Shown: piece by piece, positions 19,992-30,520 of the stretch
Position numbering within the stretch: the stretch's first letter is position 1
Layout: the number at the start of each line of letters is the position of its first letter
Assembly: GCA_030141605.1 (NCBI GenBank)
Contig: JAQGDQ010002443.1
Span: forward strand, 1-36,428
DNA: 36,428 nucleotides
From: Tubiluchus corallicola
Taxonomy: Eukaryota > Animalia > Priapulida
Direction: 5' to 3'
The notes under the pieces: generated by a model
What the model saw: only the letters and a program-made list of their open reading frames with translations
Database searches by the model: none
What the model was told of the DNA's origin: nothing
Program-made: the position numbers and the translations under genes

Positions 19992-20501
19992 CTAAAAAAT
20001 CTCAATAAAGTCTCGTTTCTTTTTATACCTTTTTTTGTTTTTCTTGTTAGATTTGCTGAAACTTTTTTTTCTACTTTTAGAAGTGTGACTTCTTACATTA
20101 GCTGCTTTTTTCTCTTTTCTAGAGAGTACTACTCTTTCTGTGTATTCTACGTATGCAGGAACACGATAAAAAGTTTTACCTTCATTTTTGTGTTTCTTTA
20201 AAATAATTGCCCAAATTAATTGACGGTTTCTTTTATTAAGATTTCTATCATTAATGTCTCTATATAAATTATCGCTTTCAGAGCATAGTACATCTGTTTT
20301 AGAAGGCGAGCGGTATTTTTTGTATGATTTTAGAGTTCTTTTATGGCTTTTTTCTATTTTCTTCTTTTTTTGATTGATATTTTCATAGTGTTTAGAACTT
20401 TTATTTTGAGAGAAGTTAGGAGTAGAAAAAATAATAAAAATGAATAAAAAAGTGTATTTGATTTTTTTTAAAAAGAGTATACTATGAAAAAATAAATACA
20501 T
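19992..20501 (-). CDS. Hypothetical lysine-rich basic protein with an N-terminal hydrophobic segment
   Basis: 169-aa ORF co-oriented between yraN and comB; hydrophobic FLFIFIIFSTPNFSQ resembles a signal peptide; no recognisable domain. Confidence 0.55.
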   Translation of the reverse strand: MYLFFHSILFLKKIKYTFLFIFIIFSTPNFSQNKSSKHYENINQKKKKIEKSHKRTLKSYKKYRSPSKTDVLCSESDNLYRDINDRNLNKRNRQLIWAIILKKHKNEGKTFYRVPAYVEYTERVVLSRKEKKAANVRSHTSKSRKKSFSKSNKKNKKRYKKKRDFIEIF

Positions 20502-20584
20502 ATTGCATTTGTAAAAAAATAAACATTAGGGGTATTTGAATAATCTTATAAATTCACATAATATGTTTTATGAAAAGTTAGTTT

Positions 20585-20947
20585 TTATGCGATAGAAGAA
20601 AATGCCTTTTTAATATGTTCTATTTCAAATTCATCATTTCTTTTTATTACTAAGGCAATATCAAATCGTACTTCCAAGTCTACCCCCTTTTGTACTACAT
20701 ATTCGTTCGCTGCTTCTACCAAGAACTTTATTTTTTTCGGCGGTATCATCTCTGAAATATTTTGAAAAAAGCTATTAGATCTTGTCTTTACCTCTACTAC
20801 TACCAGTTCTTCTCCTTTTGTAGCCACAATATCTAATTCTTTTTTCTTGTATCTCCAGTTGCGACACACTATTTTATAGCCTTTTTTCATCAAATATTTT
20901 ACAGTAGCATCCTCACCCTTCTTCCCAATTTCGTTATGTTCGGCCAT
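20585..20947 (-). CDS. yraN: YraN family (UPF0102) putative endonuclease
   Basis: MAEHNEIGKKGE...RNWR...ELDIVA...VVVEVKTR...RFDI...HIKKAF; probable start at 20947. Confidence 0.93.
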   Translation of the reverse strand: MAEHNEIGKKGEDATVKYLMKKGYKIVCRNWRYKKKELDIVATKGEELVVVEVKTRSNSFFQNISEMIPPKKIKFLVEAANEYVVQKGVDLEVRFDIALVIKRNDEFEIEHIKKAFSSIA

Positions 20948-21461
20948 TATGTTCTTTTCTATTTTTTTTGAAATAATATGCAAAGTATTGAAGCCTGTTC
21001 TTTAATATTATTTAATGTCAAATAAGGTTTCTTAGGCTTATAAATTCTCACATAGCAAAAGTAGTAAAAAATGAATAATTTAAAACAACTGCCTGTTTTA
21101 CATACTCCTTTTATGTATAGTATAATTAAAAAAATGGGAGGAGGGCTAAGGAGGGTAGAATATTAAAGTTGTATTGAAGTGAAATTATGTAAATATTTGT
21201 TGTAAGGGAGTAGTTGCTGAATGTATTGTATCTACCTTCCAAATAGTAGCTTATTGTCTTTTTTCCTAAAATCTTAGTTTGTTTCTATTTATATCCCCTA
21301 TGGGAGTTCATATGAATTATTAGTTTAATATTTTTTCTATTCTTCATAGCGGGGTAAAATTAGAATATAGGATATAGATAAGTCTTACTATTAGGGGGGT
21401 ATGTAACTTACAATAAGAACTAAGTGAATGTATGTAAAACCTAAATAAAAGTGTAAAAGTC

Positions 21462-21492
21462 TTTGGGAGTTTTAACAAAAGTATTACTTTTG
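21462..21492 (+). promoter_or_regulatory. Bacteroidota housekeeping sigma promoter for ppdK
   Basis: TTTG (21462-21465), 19-nt spacer, TACTTTTG (21485-21492): exact match to TTTG-N19-21-TAnnTTTG. Confidence 0.8.
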
Positions 21493-21545
21493 CCAAGCTT
21501 TTTTATTGTAAGACTAATTAATAAATTTTAATAAATACTTATTTT

Positions 21546-24299
21546 ATGGCAACAAAACACGTATATACCTTTGGAGACGGAAGAGCCGAGGGAGATGCAA
21601 CGATGAGAAACCTATTGGGAGGCAAAGGTGCTAACCTTGCTGAAATGAACCTAATAGGAGTGCCTGTGCCAGCAGGATTTACTATTACTACTGAAGTTTG
21701 TACTGAATACAACAAACAAGGTAAAAACGCTGTAATACAGATGCTTAAAAAAGAAGTAGAAACAGCGGTTGCAAACACAGAAAAGGCGATGAATGCCAAA
21801 TTTGGGACAACAGGAAGTGAATTTCCCTTGTTACTTTCAGTTCGCTCAGGAGCGAGGGTATCAATGCCCGGTATGATGAATACTGTATTGAACCTAGGAA
21901 TGAATGACGAGGCAGTTGAAGTAGTTGCCAAAGCATCAGGAAATGAAAGATTTGCTTGGGACTCGTATCGTCGTTTCATTCAAATGTATGGAGAAGTGGT
22001 AATGGGGGTAGAGGCAGAATCAAAGGTAGATGACGATCCATTCGAAGAAGTAATGGATAAAATAAAAGAAGTAAAAGGATATAAATCAGATGCAGATTTT
22101 ACTGTAGAAGACCTCAAAGAAATAGTAGAAGAGTTCAAAAAAGTAGTAAGAAAATTTTCGGGAGAAGATTTCCCTACCAACCCTTGGGAGCAACTTTGGG
22201 GTTCGGTATGTGCTGTTTTTGACTCTTGGAACACACCTCGTGCAATCCTTTATCGCCAATTAGAACAAATACCAGAAGAATGGGGAACAGCTGTAAATGT
22301 GCAAGCAATGGTATATGGTAATATGGGCAACGATTCTGCAACAGGTGTATGCTTCTCGCGTGATGCAGCTACTGGTGAAAACCTTTTCAACGGAGAATAT
22401 CTTATCAATGCACAAGGAGAAGATGTGGTAGCAGGAGTTCGCACACCACAAGAAATAACTAAAATAGGCTCGCAAAAATGGGCTAAGCTACAAAACATAT
22501 CAGAAAAAGAAAGAGCAGAAAAATATCCATCGCTTGAAGAAGTAATGCCAAGCTTGTATAAAGAGTTATTTGACATACAACACAAGTTAGAGCAGCACTA
22601 CAAAGATATGCAAGATATGGAATTTACTATCCAAGATGGTAAGCTTTGGATGCTTCAAACTCGTAACGGAAAGCGTACTGCTGCCGCTATGGTAAAGATA
22701 GCTACTGACCTCTTGAAAGAAGGAATGATAGAAGAAAAAGATGTAGTATTGAGACAAGAGCCAGCTAAGTTGGATGAGCTATTACACCCAGTGTTTGATA
22801 AAAATGCCATCAAAAAAGCAAGAACACTTGCCAATGGTTTGCCAGCCTCTCCCGGTGCAGCTACAGGTAAAGTGGTATTTTTTGCCGATGATGCAGAAAA
22901 ATGGAAAGAACAAGGCGAGAAAGTAATTCTTGTAAGGGTAGAAACATCACCCGAAGACCTTAAAGGAATGAATGCTGCTGAGGGTATCCTTACAGCTAAG
23001 GGAGGTATGACTTCTCACGCGGCAGTAGTAGCAAGGGGTATGGGTAAATGTTGCGTATCGGGTGCAGGAGAGTTAAAAATAGACTACAAAAAAAGAATAG
23101 TAACTATTGGTAGTCTTAAAATAAAAGAGGGCGATTGGATTTCTCTTAATGGTAGCACTGGAGAAGTGTATGAGGATAAAGTAGAAACTGTAGAACCTTC
23201 TTTAGAAGGAGATTTTGCAAACATAATGAAGTTGGCAGAAAAATACACTCGTATGTATGTAAGGACAAATGCCGATACACCTAAGGATGCTCAAATAGCA
23301 AAAGATTTTGGGGCTAAGGGTATAGGACTTTGTAGAACGGAGCATATGTTCTTTGAAGGAGACCGCATCAAAACGATGAGGGAAATGATAATAGCGGACA
23401 ATAAGGAAGATAGAAAGAAAGCTCTTGATAAGTTACTTCCAATGCAAAGGAAAGATTTTGAGGGTATATTTACTGCAATGAGTGGACACGGTGTTACTAT
23501 TAGATTATTAGACCCACCACTACACGAGTTTGTACCACATCAAACAGAAACTCAAAGACAAATGGCAGAGGAACTCAATATTCCTTTGGAAAGAGTAAAA
23601 TCACTGGTAGCATCACTAGAAGAATTCAATCCAATGCTTGGACATAGAGGTTGCCGACTTGGAAACACCTATCCAGAAATAACTGAAATGCAAGCAAGAG
23701 CAATTATAGAAGCTGCATTAAATGTAAAAGAAACTGGTAAAGATCCTCGTCCAGAAATAATGGTACCTCTAGTGGGGGTAACGAAAGAACTAGAACTACA
23801 AGTAGAAATAATCAAAAGTACAGCAGAAAAAGTTTTTCAAGAAAAGGGAAAACGTATAGATTATTTAGTTGGCACAATGATAGAAGTACCTCGTGCGGCT
23901 GTTACAGCTGACAAGATAGCTCAACACGCGGAGTTCTTCTCGTTTGGAACGAATGACCTTACGCAAATGACCTTTGGATATTCACGTGATGATGCAGGAC
24001 GTTTCTTGAACACTTATATCAATAAAAATATATTGAAGAATGATCCTTTCCAAATATTAGATCAATCAGGTGTAGGAGAGTTAGTAAAAATGGGAGCAGA
24101 AAAAGGACGTGCTACACGCCCTGAGATAAAGGTAGGAATTTGTGGAGAACACGGAGGAGAGCCGTCATCTGTTGAATTTTGCAATTCGCTTAACTTCGAC
24201 TATGTATCTTGTTCACCTTATAGGGTGCCTATTGCACGCTTAGCAGCTGCTAAGGCAAACTTGGTACAACAAGGAGGTGAGGCTTATTCAACAAAATAA
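21546..24299 (+). CDS. ppdK: Pyruvate, phosphate dikinase
   Basis: LLGGKGANLAEM, LLSVRSGARVSMPGMM, phospho-His motif GGMTSHAAVVARG, GIGLCRTEHMF, FSFGTNDLTQ, GICGEHGG. Confidence 0.99.
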   Translation: MATKHVYTFGDGRAEGDATMRNLLGGKGANLAEMNLIGVPVPAGFTITTEVCTEYNKQGKNAVIQMLKKEVETAVANTEKAMNAKFGTTGSEFPLLLSVRSGARVSMPGMMNTVLNLGMNDEAVEVVAKASGNERFAWDSYRRFIQMYGEVVMGVEAESKVDDDPFEEVMDKIKEVKGYKSDADFTVEDLKEIVEEFKKVVRKFSGEDFPTNPWEQLWGSVCAVFDSWNTPRAILYRQLEQIPEEWGTAVNVQAMVYGNMGNDSATGVCFSRDAATGENLFNGEYLINAQGEDVVAGVRTPQEITKIGSQKWAKLQNISEKERAEKYPSLEEVMPSLYKELFDIQHKLEQHYKDMQDMEFTIQDGKLWMLQTRNGKRTAAAMVKIATDLLKEGMIEEKDVVLRQEPAKLDELLHPVFDKNAIKKARTLANGLPASPGAATGKVVFFADDAEKWKEQGEKVILVRVETSPEDLKGMNAAEGILTAKGGMTSHAAVVARGMGKCCVSGAGELKIDYKKRIVTIGSLKIKEGDWISLNGSTGEVYEDKVETVEPSLEGDFANIMKLAEKYTRMYVRTNADTPKDAQIAKDFGAKGIGLCRTEHMFFEGDRIKTMREMIIADNKEDRKKALDKLLPMQRKDFEGIFTAMSGHGVTIRLLDPPLHEFVPHQTETQRQMAEELNIPLERVKSLVASLEEFNPMLGHRGCRLGNTYPEITEMQARAIIEAALNVKETGKDPRPEIMVPLVGVTKELELQVEIIKSTAEKVFQEKGKRIDYLVGTMIEVPRAAVTADKIAQHAEFFSFGTNDLTQMTFGYSRDDAGRFLNTYINKNILKNDPFQILDQSGVGELVKMGAEKGRATRPEIKVGICGEHGGEPSSVEFCNSLNFDYVSCSPYRVPIARLAAAKANLVQQGGEAYSTK

Positions 24300-24322
24300 G
24301 CAATATTTATATTGAGTTTACC

Positions 24323-24368
24323 AATTATAGGGAGCATATTCTTAGAATAATGCTCCCTATAATTTTTT
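24323..24368. terminator. Intrinsic terminator between convergent ppdK and rpoN
   Basis: Perfect 15-bp inverted repeat aattatagggagcat / atgctccctataatt followed by a T-tract. Confidence 0.85.
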
Positions 24369-24452
24369 AGAGAATTTGGATTAAATGTAAGAATAAGTAA
24401 TTGTATTTTTTAGAGGGTTCTAATTTTGATTTTATACAATTATTATACAGAA

Positions 24453-25874
24453 TTAAGCTTCTTTTCGCATTCTTGCTACGGGTATACGCATTTGCTCACG
24501 ATATTTTGCAACTGTGCGGCGTGCAATAGGAAAAGATTGTTTTTTTAGCATCAGAGTAAGTTTATCATCAGACAGGGGTTTACTTTTGTTTTCATTTTCT
24601 ATACATTTTTTAAGGACTTCTTTTATTTTTCGGGTGGATATTTCTTCTCCTGATTTAGATTTTATGCCTACAGAGAAGAATGATTTTAAAAGAAAGATGC
24701 CAAAATCTGTTTGTACTGATTTGTTATTAGATATACGAGATATGGTAGAGATATCCAGATTTGTAGTATCTGCTATATTTTTCAACACCATAGGTTTTAA
24801 TTTGCTCTTGTTTCCTGTTAAGAAAAAGTCTTTTTGATAGTCTATAATTGCTTGCATTGTAGAGAGAAGAGTGTTTTGTCTTTGTTTTATAGCATCGATA
24901 AACCACTGGGCAGCATCTAATTTTTGCTTGATAAATGTTATGGTATTTTTATCCTCGTAGTTTTTTTTGTCTTTTGTTTTGCTAAATCCCTCTAAAATGT
25001 TTTGGTATGCAGAGCTTATTTTCAGTTCAGGCTCATTTTTTTTATTTAAAGACAATACAGGATTTCCATCTTTTATTTGTACGATAAAGTCGGGTACAAG
25101 GTATTCGGTAGGTTTTTGAATGTTATTAGAATACAGTAGTCCGGGCTTTGGATTTAGTTTCAGTATTTCTTCTATGCCTGCTTTTACATCTTTTATGTCT
25201 ATTTGTAATTTAAGAGAAATTTTATCGTAGTGTTTTTTTGTAAATTCTTCAAAACATTGTAACAGTATTTGTTGGGCTATTTTTAACTCTATGGAGTTTT
25301 CCAAGTTTTCGATTTTATATTTTATTTGTAAAAGCAAGCATTCTTTTAAGTCTTTTGCTCCTACGCCTACGGGGTCTAACTCTTTTATTACATCTAATAT
25401 CTTTTTTAATTCCTGTGTATTGGTTTCAATGTTTGATTGAAAGAGTAAGTCATTTATAATTCCTGTTAGGTCTCTTAATAGGTAGCCATTTTCATCTATA
25501 TTTCCAATAAGAGTTTTCGCTATTTTTTTTTCTCTTGGGATTAAATTTTGCAAGTCTAATTGGTCTTCCAAGTGTTCGTAAAAAGTACTTCCTATTGCAA
25601 AAGGAATATCTCCTTTCTGTTGTTCTTCGGAGGAATAGTTGTTGGAATATAGCTTGTATTTGGGGGCATTATCATTGTTCAAATACTGTTCAATAGATAT
25701 ATTGTCAATATCGTCAGATGTTTTCTTTCCTTCTTCCAGAATAGGGTTTTCTTCCAATTCTTGTTTCACTCGCTCTTCCATCTGAAATGCAGGGACTTCT
25801 AGTAGTTTGATGAATTGAATTTGTTGAGGAGATAGTTTTTGTAATAGTTTCTGCGAAAGTTGCTGCTTAAGCAT
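24453..25874 (-). CDS. rpoN: RNA polymerase sigma-54 factor
   Basis: Q/L-rich region I (LSPQQIQFIKLL...ELEENPILE), DPVGVGAKDLKECL, STISR, LSDDKL, RpoN box ARRTVAKYRE. Confidence 0.98.
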   Translation of the reverse strand: MLKQQLSQKLLQKLSPQQIQFIKLLEVPAFQMEERVKQELEENPILEEGKKTSDDIDNISIEQYLNNDNAPKYKLYSNNYSSEEQQKGDIPFAIGSTFYEHLEDQLDLQNLIPREKKIAKTLIGNIDENGYLLRDLTGIINDLLFQSNIETNTQELKKILDVIKELDPVGVGAKDLKECLLLQIKYKIENLENSIELKIAQQILLQCFEEFTKKHYDKISLKLQIDIKDVKAGIEEILKLNPKPGLLYSNNIQKPTEYLVPDFIVQIKDGNPVLSLNKKNEPELKISSAYQNILEGFSKTKDKKNYEDKNTITFIKQKLDAAQWFIDAIKQRQNTLLSTMQAIIDYQKDFFLTGNKSKLKPMVLKNIADTTNLDISTISRISNNKSVQTDFGIFLLKSFFSVGIKSKSGEEISTRKIKEVLKKCIENENKSKPLSDDKLTLMLKKQSFPIARRTVAKYREQMRIPVARMRKEA

Positions 25875-25955
25875 ATTGGTTTTGGTTTAAATTCGTATTC
25901 TACGTAAATTAATAACTCTAAAAATGTAAATTTAATTGTGTGTTATATTATACTA

Positions 25956-25963
25956 CAAATATA
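25956..25963 (-). promoter_or_regulatory. Putative -7 promoter element for rpoN
   Basis: caaatata on + reads TATATTTG on -; a TTTG lies 22 nt further upstream (25986-25989). Confidence 0.5.
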
Positions 25964-26157
25964 CGAATTTTTTTGTTAAAGTATACAAAATTGTCAATGA
26001 GAAAGCTAAAATAAAGGAGGTTAGTATTAAAAACAAGGGTCTAAAAATTTGAGGACGTTTTTTGGTTATTCTTAGTTTTATTGTTTTTTTCTAATTGGTT
26101 TTATGATGCTGTAGTGTATTGTCCTATTATGCCCCTTTTTGCACTACATTATTTAGG

Positions 26158-27408
26158 TTATAGGTTAAAAACTTTTTTGAATTTGTTTACATAATCTAAT
26201 TTTTCCCAAGCAAAAAACTCTACTTCTTTTTTAGTTTTTTCACCGTTGTAATTGAGTGTAATAGTTTCTTTCTTGTATTCCCTGCCAAAATGACCATAAG
26301 CTGCTGTAGGAGTAAATATGGGATATTTTAGTCCAAATTTTTCTATAATGGCGTTAGGGCGTAAGTTGAAAAGTGTTTTCACCTTTTCTGCAATATCACT
26401 ATCTGATAGTTTTACATTAGCTGTATTGTAGGTATTCACAAATATACTTATAGGTTCGGCTACTCCTATGGCGTAGGAGAGTTGTACTAGAGCTTCGTCT
26501 GATACTCCTGCAGCCACTAAGTTTTTGGCTATGTGTCTTGCTGCGTAGGTGGCAGATCTGTCTACTTTGGAAGCATCTTTGCCGGAAAAAGCTCCGCCTC
26601 CATGTGCTCCTTTACCTCCGTAGGTATCTACTATTATTTTTCTTCCTGTAAGCCCGGTATCTCCATGAGGTCCTCCTATCACAAACTTACCGGTAGGATT
26701 AACGTGGAGTATGTAGTTATTGTCAAAAAGGGACTGCACTCTTGCTGGTAGTTGTTTCTTTGTTCTAGGGATGAGTATTTTTCTTATATCTTCGTTTATT
26801 TTTTTTAGCATTATTTCTTCGTTGTCAAATTCATCGTGTTGTGTCGATACTACAATAGTATGTATCCGTTGGGGAATATTGTCTTTGGTATATTCTATGG
26901 TTACTTGCGATTTAGCATCTGGACGAAGATAGGTCATCTCTTTTTTTTCTCTTCGTATTCGTGCAAGTTCTTTAAGGAGCCTATGGGAAAGGTCTAAGGC
27001 AAGTGGCATATAGTTGTCTGTTTCTTTACAAGCATAGCCAAACATTATGCCTTGGTCTCCTGCTCCTTGTTCTTCTTTTTTTTCTTTTTCTACTCCTCTA
27101 TTAATGTCTATAGATTGCTCGTGTATGGCAGATATAATACCGCATGATTCGCATTCAAATTGCAATTCTGCTTTGTTATATCCTATTTTTTCTATCACTT
27201 TTCGGGCTGTTTTTTGCACGTCTACCCAAGCGTTGGTTTTTACTTCACCTGATAATACTACTAAGCCTGTGGTTAAAAGTGTTTCACAGGCTACTTTTGA
27301 GTTGGGGTCTTGACGCAAGAACTCATCTAGTAATGCATCTGATATTTGGTCAGCTATTTTATCAGGATGCCCCTCTGATACTGATTCTGATGTAAATAAA
27401 TATTTCAC
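26158..27408 (-). CDS. metK: S-adenosylmethionine synthetase
   Basis: [58 protein letters not shown]; GTG start. Confidence 0.99.
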   Translation of the reverse strand: MKYLFTSESVSEGHPDKIADQISDALLDEFLRQDPNSKVACETLLTTGLVVLSGEVKTNAWVDVQKTARKVIEKIGYNKAELQFECESCGIISAIHEQSIDINRGVEKEKKEEQGAGDQGIMFGYACKETDNYMPLALDLSHRLLKELARIRREKKEMTYLRPDAKSQVTIEYTKDNIPQRIHTIVVSTQHDEFDNEEIMLKKINEDIRKILIPRTKKQLPARVQSLFDNNYILHVNPTGKFVIGGPHGDTGLTGRKIIVDTYGGKGAHGGGAFSGKDASKVDRSATYAARHIAKNLVAAGVSDEALVQLSYAIGVAEPISIFVNTYNTANVKLSDSDIAEKVKTLFNLRPNAIIEKFGLKYPIFTPTAAYGHFGREYKKETITLNYNGEKTKKEVEFFAWEKLDYVNKFKKVFNL

Positions 27409-27475
27409 TTTAAAGTATGATTAATATTTTAGAGTAAATTTTTAAAGGCATAAAAGTAATGATTTTTCTTTTATT

Positions 27476-27523
27476 TCACAGAAAAAAACCTGCTACTTAT
27501 TAGTAACAGGTTTTTTTTCTGTG
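27476..27523 (-). terminator. Intrinsic terminator downstream of the 793-aa orphan gene
   Basis: cacagaaaaaaacctgctact-tatt-agtaacaggttttttttctgtg: long inverted repeat with A and T tracts; the c/a mismatch becomes a G-U pair on the minus strand. Confidence 0.8.
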
Positions 27524-27539
27524 GAATATCGCACATATT

Positions 27540-29921
27540 TTAGTTTGTGTTACTACTACTACTTTCAAATGCAATTATCTCTTCTTTTTTCTTTATAAGC
27601 AATAATCCTAAGTCTGAAAGGCTTTTTAATATATTTACGTGGATAGGTTTTCCCTCTATTTTTACAACATCTATATTAGTATCTCCTACTTCTTTTGTTC
27701 TCTTTCGTTTAATGATTGCTACTTTATCTTTATGCCTATCCATTTTTTCTCGTAATATTTGTATTAAATCTTCAAAACTATCAGAGATAACATCCTGACT
27801 ATTAGAAGCATAATTAAAACCATTAGATTTGCTTATAGAATGGCATAGCACAATAGCGTCGTCTAATAAACGATTAATAGTTCTCTCTTTTCGGTCTAAT
27901 CTTTTCTTTTTATCTTTCTTACTTAGTTTTGTATTTAGTTCCAATTCTTCATATTCATCTATTTCTTCCTTTATCAATCTTATAAGTTTGTTGATTTGAT
28001 TAAATTCTTCACAAGCCATTCTTAAATCTTCATTTCCAATGCCAACCATCTCTTTATATTCTGCAGGAGAAATAAAAACAAAATCATTTTTAGTGGCAAT
28101 ATTTTTCTCGATTTGTTCGAAAAAATTAATGTAACGCAATTTCATCTTGGCTTGTTCAGACATTTCTTCCTCTTCGGCTATTTTTTTATGGTATAAGTCA
28201 ATATAATCAGCAACTTTTACTGCGTTTTCTTTTCCATAAACGTTTTCAAAGTCTTTCATAGAAATGGCCATATTTGGAGAATAGACTTTTCCAATTTCTT
28301 TTTCAAGATCCAAGAAAAAAGTATTTCCATTTTCCTCAGTTACAGTCCATTTAGTATTTATCTCGGTAATTTCAACAGCTTCTATTTCATTAAATTGTGA
28401 GTCATATAGTTTTCCATCTTTTAATAAGTATAGTTTATCTATGGTTTTCTTTTTTTCATATAGAAAATCGTCGCTCGTAGTTAGTTTAATATTTTTCATT
28501 TCATAGGCAACGTAGGTATCATTTTCTTTTACAATCATAGTATTACCTACTATGGTCTTCTCGCTTATTTTAGAGTATAAACCAGGCTCTATTTCTATAT
28601 AGTCAATGCCATTTGACTTATTTTTTAGGACTAAAAGTGAAGAGTCATTATCTAATATAACTTTATCATATTCCTCGAAATTTTCTTCTCTATTTTCTTT
28701 TACAAAATTGTCATCTCCTAATGCGAATAATATTTCATCATCTCCAAATTTTACTATTTCATTATGTCTCTTGTTTGCTTGTATGTCTTCAATAATTCTG
28801 AAGTAATCTGCATAATATTTATCAGCATCAGTGCCATCTTGTTGTCTTATCAATATCTGATTTTTCAGATTTTCGTGAAATAAGTTAAGTCTTTTTTGTT
28901 CGTTAGCAGTGTATGTATTTTGAGAATATTTTGGAAGTTTAGCATTCTGGTCATATTTCCATGCTTTTTTACTATCAAGGCTTATATATGCGTAATCATC
29001 ACTCCCTTCTATTTTCATTTTATAATAGCCATCTACTAACTTTACTTTGCTTGATATAAGGTCTTTAACGTTTGCTTCGAGAACACCAGATTTGTTTACT
29101 AAAAAATTGACAGAGCCAACTTCATCTTCATCAACAGTAGATACTTTATAAGTTCTTTTTGCGAATCCAATAAATTTATTATTTTCCTTAAAAAATTTAT
29201 ATTTTTCTGTTTCTATTATTTTTTTTGTTTCATTGTAAGAAATTCTCTCGTATTCTCCTTCTGGGTTAATCATAATAGATACTTCCCCTTTGCTAACTCC
29301 TTCTTGTGTATTTACGAATATTTTCACAGGCCCTTCATCTGTTTCTATTGTGTAACTGTCCAAAGAATAGCTGCCTACAGGTAGGGTTAGTAAGGTAACT
29401 TTGCCTGTTTTTTTATTTTCTAGTGTGAAAATTCCATTTTTGAAAGAAAGTTCTACGTCGTCGTACAATGAAAACTTCTCTGCTAATTTCTCATCATTTT
29501 TGTCGTATTTAATACTTAGATTTGCAAATCTTTTTGCATTATCTATATTCCAACCATTGGCAGTTAATAGTGCACAAATATAGAAGGTAAATTTGTGAGA
29601 TTTTCTACCCCAGCGTTTTCCTTGTTCATTCTCTTTTCTGAGTTCACTGATAACAGGATGTTTGGCAATTTGCATAGAGAGAGGCTCTCTATTTTTAAAA
29701 TTTATACTAAATTCTTTTTCTTGGGGCCAAGTGTCAAAAAGTAGAAGTTTGTTATAATAGACTTGTCTTTTCTTCATTACGGAATCTGACATAGTACGCA
29801 CTTCTTCATTCCAGTTGTGTGTAAAACGGGAGGTTGAAGATTCTTTGGTTTGTTGGCTATTGCTTATATTAGTAGATAAAACTAATAGCAATAAAACGGA
29901 TAGAAGTTTAAATTTTTTCAT
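27540..29921 (-). CDS. Large secreted hypothetical protein (793 aa)
   Basis: Uninterrupted long ORF; Sec signal peptide MKKFKLLSVLLLLVLSTNISNSQ; beta-strand-like middle, helical K/E-rich C-terminus; no recognisable motif. Confidence 0.85.
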   Translation of the reverse strand: MKKFKLLSVLLLLVLSTNISNSQQTKESSTSRFTHNWNEEVRTMSDSVMKKRQVYYNKLLLFDTWPQEKEFSINFKNREPLSMQIAKHPVISELRKENEQGKRWGRKSHKFTFYICALLTANGWNIDNAKRFANLSIKYDKNDEKLAEKFSLYDDVELSFKNGIFTLENKKTGKVTLLTLPVGSYSLDSYTIETDEGPVKIFVNTQEGVSKGEVSIMINPEGEYERISYNETKKIIETEKYKFFKENNKFIGFAKRTYKVSTVDEDEVGSVNFLVNKSGVLEANVKDLISSKVKLVDGYYKMKIEGSDDYAYISLDSKKAWKYDQNAKLPKYSQNTYTANEQKRLNLFHENLKNQILIRQQDGTDADKYYADYFRIIEDIQANKRHNEIVKFGDDEILFALGDDNFVKENREENFEEYDKVILDNDSSLLVLKNKSNGIDYIEIEPGLYSKISEKTIVGNTMIVKENDTYVAYEMKNIKLTTSDDFLYEKKKTIDKLYLLKDGKLYDSQFNEIEAVEITEINTKWTVTEENGNTFFLDLEKEIGKVYSPNMAISMKDFENVYGKENAVKVADYIDLYHKKIAEEEEMSEQAKMKLRYINFFEQIEKNIATKNDFVFISPAEYKEMVGIGNEDLRMACEEFNQINKLIRLIKEEIDEYEELELNTKLSKKDKKKRLDRKERTINRLLDDAIVLCHSISKSNGFNYASNSQDVISDSFEDLIQILREKMDRHKDKVAIIKRKRTKEVGDTNIDVVKIEGKPIHVNILKSLSDLGLLLIKKKEEIIAFESSSSNTN

Positions 29922-30104
29922 AATAACTATGTTTTAAAAAAGCAGATAATGTTATGTGCTTTTTGTGTTTTATATAAATAAAATTTGTAAATTATGGAAT
30001 TCAAATTTAACTGTTCTATATGTTAAAAAAATACATAGATTCTATAAAAAATGTAAAGAACAGTCTTTCTCCACTTTCATCATACAAAAAGATATTTAGA
30101 AAAA

Positions 30105-30112
30105 CAAAGGTA
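30105..30112 (-). promoter_or_regulatory. Putative -7 promoter element for the 793-aa gene
   Basis: caaaggta on + reads TACCTTTG on -, about 185 nt upstream of the start codon. Confidence 0.4.
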
Positions 30113-30461
30113 GTGCTAATTTTTTATTAAAAGAAAAATTTGGAGGGTAAAAAGTGCTGATTATTAGAAAAATATTTTTTTTATCGTTTTAATAATTGCT
30201 GTCCAAAAATATTTAATTTTGATAGTGATATTCAGTTTTATATTAAAAAATTAAAATTAAATATTTGTTGCTCTCATTTTCTATTTAGCCTGCGGTTTCA
30301 CTTACACGAGGAGAAATTCAAATAATAAGTTTAAGCTGTTTTAACAAAAAAACATTAGCCGTTAAGACAACTATGATTGTAAGAGTATTTTTTGTTCCTA
30401 CAACTAAAGTTGCAGATTAGAATAGAACTAAAGAAAAAAGTATATTATTACTTTAATTTTA

Positions 30462-30494
30462 GTTGTAGATAATAAATCAAAATATATATTTTTG
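30462..30494 (+). promoter_or_regulatory. Putative Bacteroidota promoter for asnS
   Basis: gTTG (30462-30465), 21-nt spacer, TATTTTTG (30487-30494). Confidence 0.6.
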
Positions 30495-30520
30495 TATAAT
30501 TTTATTAGTATTTACAATTA

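Noticed and set aside
20984-21460. ncRNA or repeat element in the long yraN-ppdK intergenic region (likewise 29922-30460)
   Set aside because: Only short, imperfect inverted repeats of the kind expected by chance in AT-rich DNA; no tRNA, CRISPR or known RNA motif is recognisable.
27409-27480. SAM riboswitch upstream of metK
   Set aside because: Only about 70 nt of very AT-rich sequence lies between the upstream terminator and the start codon, with no SAM-I/II consensus visible.
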